This document shows positions 63,181 through 64,000 of a DNA stretch of 64,000 nucleotides, in pieces (position 1 is the first letter of the stretch; each line of letters starts with the position of its first letter). This DNA comes from an uncultured delta proteobacterium (lineage in GTDB: Bacteria; Desulfobacterota; Desulfobacteria; Desulfobacterales; JAHEIW01). Below the pieces are notes generated by a model that saw nothing but the letters and a program-made list of their open reading frames with translations, made no database searches and had not been told where the DNA came from. Made by a program: the position numbers and the translations under genes. The DNA is taken from contig CAVPNL010000004.1 of assembly GCA_963706575.1 (NCBI GenBank), positions 288,001-352,000 on the forward strand, given 5' to 3'.

Positions 63181-63778
63181 TCACAATTTTGGTAATTTTA
63201 AAGATACCAGCGGTGCTAAATAAGATGCACGACATTTCACAGAAGGGGCAGTTTATTATTCGTTGGACTTGACCGGCTTCACTTTGCCCACAGCATCGAG
63301 CCATCGGATCAGCAGGGATGGTGAAGAACGATACCAGTTATCTTTGAGATCATGGGCTGAGGGTGGAGCAACACGACACCAGGCACCGTCAGAGTACCGG
63401 ATTAAAGAAACGCCGTCTAAGACCATCCGAACACTGCCGTCACCATATTTAGAAACTCGTCGTGCCATTTTCGCGCTCCTGTTTAGGGGGGTGATTGAGG
63501 ATACATAAGGGACTTACATTTTAAGTTAATCAGTTCTTTTCAAATTACAAGGCTATAGCTGGGCGGTCGCCCGTTAATCCTTGCGGGCTGGGGTTCTTTT
63601 TTTTTACCTCACCAAGCCGCCTGACCCAATACCAAATAAAAAACCCTATCAGAAGTAACTGACAGGGCGATAAGCTCTTTGACAACCTGCTGTGACTGAG
63701 ACGCTTATGGATCATTCCCAATTCCCATTCTTGGTTGTGATATAAAAGCAATATCACAAGAATTTCGGGGATTCAAAA
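63181..63778 (+). repeat. Second copy of the 600-bp module (first at 8653-9250), bounded by GATA/TATC sites at 63171 and 63735-63800
   Basis: Colinear with copy 1; ends TTGTGATA-TAAAAGCAA-TATC-28-GATA-TGTTGGAAA-TATC. Confidence 0.92.
63256..63468 (-). CDS. 70-aa basic hypothetical protein (copy 2)
   Basis: 69 of 70 aa identical to 8728-8940. Confidence 0.75.
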   Translation of the reverse strand: MARRVSKYGDGSVRMVLDGVSLIRYSDGAWCRVAPPSAHDLKDNWYRSSPSLLIRWLDAVGKVKPVKSNE

Positions 63779-64000
63779 GTACTGATATGTTGGAAATATC
63801 AGCAGGTTTTATATCGTACTATTTGGAATAATCTATTAATGCGCATAGAGTGCATCGCAGGGAGGTGCAACTCTCTGCCCAGAGCCTTATGACTTCTAGC
63901 CTCTATGAGCATTTTTTTATATAGAAATTATGACTTTTCTTCTCAAAAAGTAATTGCTGCGAAGGTCGTATTTTTTATAATATTTACATAACTAAGAATT

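Overview
The window looks like a fragment of an anaerobic sulfate-reducer genome, probably Desulfobacterales (dsrC, hdrA-flxDCBA, tetrahaem cytochrome c3, ahbA). It has three parts. (1) About 1-35.7 kb is an AT-rich accessory region of mostly single, minus-strand genes that often have their own promoter. It includes a collagen-like protein, khpA, GNAT, a mandelate racemase-family enzyme, an mreB paralogue, a truncated haemoglobin, PilZ, a hydrolase, a sulfur oxygenase reductase homologue, an adenylate cyclase, a cytochrome c peroxidase and a teneurin-like RHS protein. It also holds two c-di-GMP-I riboswitches, a group II intron, an IS1182 remnant with two 108-bp MITEs, two Y1/HUH transposase elements and two attC-like sites. 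(2) About 35.9-62.2 kb is a GC-richer core block: rubrerythrin, ppdK, acyl-CoA genes, a diguanylate cyclase, miaA, selenocysteine-containing HdrA and FlxD, dsrC and ahbA. (3) From about 62.4 kb the accessory type of DNA resumes. The main unexplained signal is a family of at least 15 co-oriented GATA-N8/9-TATC inverted sites with fixed 19-20 and 28-29 nt spacings, located at the junctions between accessory genes. These sites bound a 600-bp module duplicated 54 kb apart, and they are the insertion targets of the group II intron, the IS1182 element and both MITEs. This suggests an integron-like but non-attC cassette system; no recombinase is encoded in the window. Several single-base frameshifts (hdrA, RHS tail and others) are probably assembly errors.
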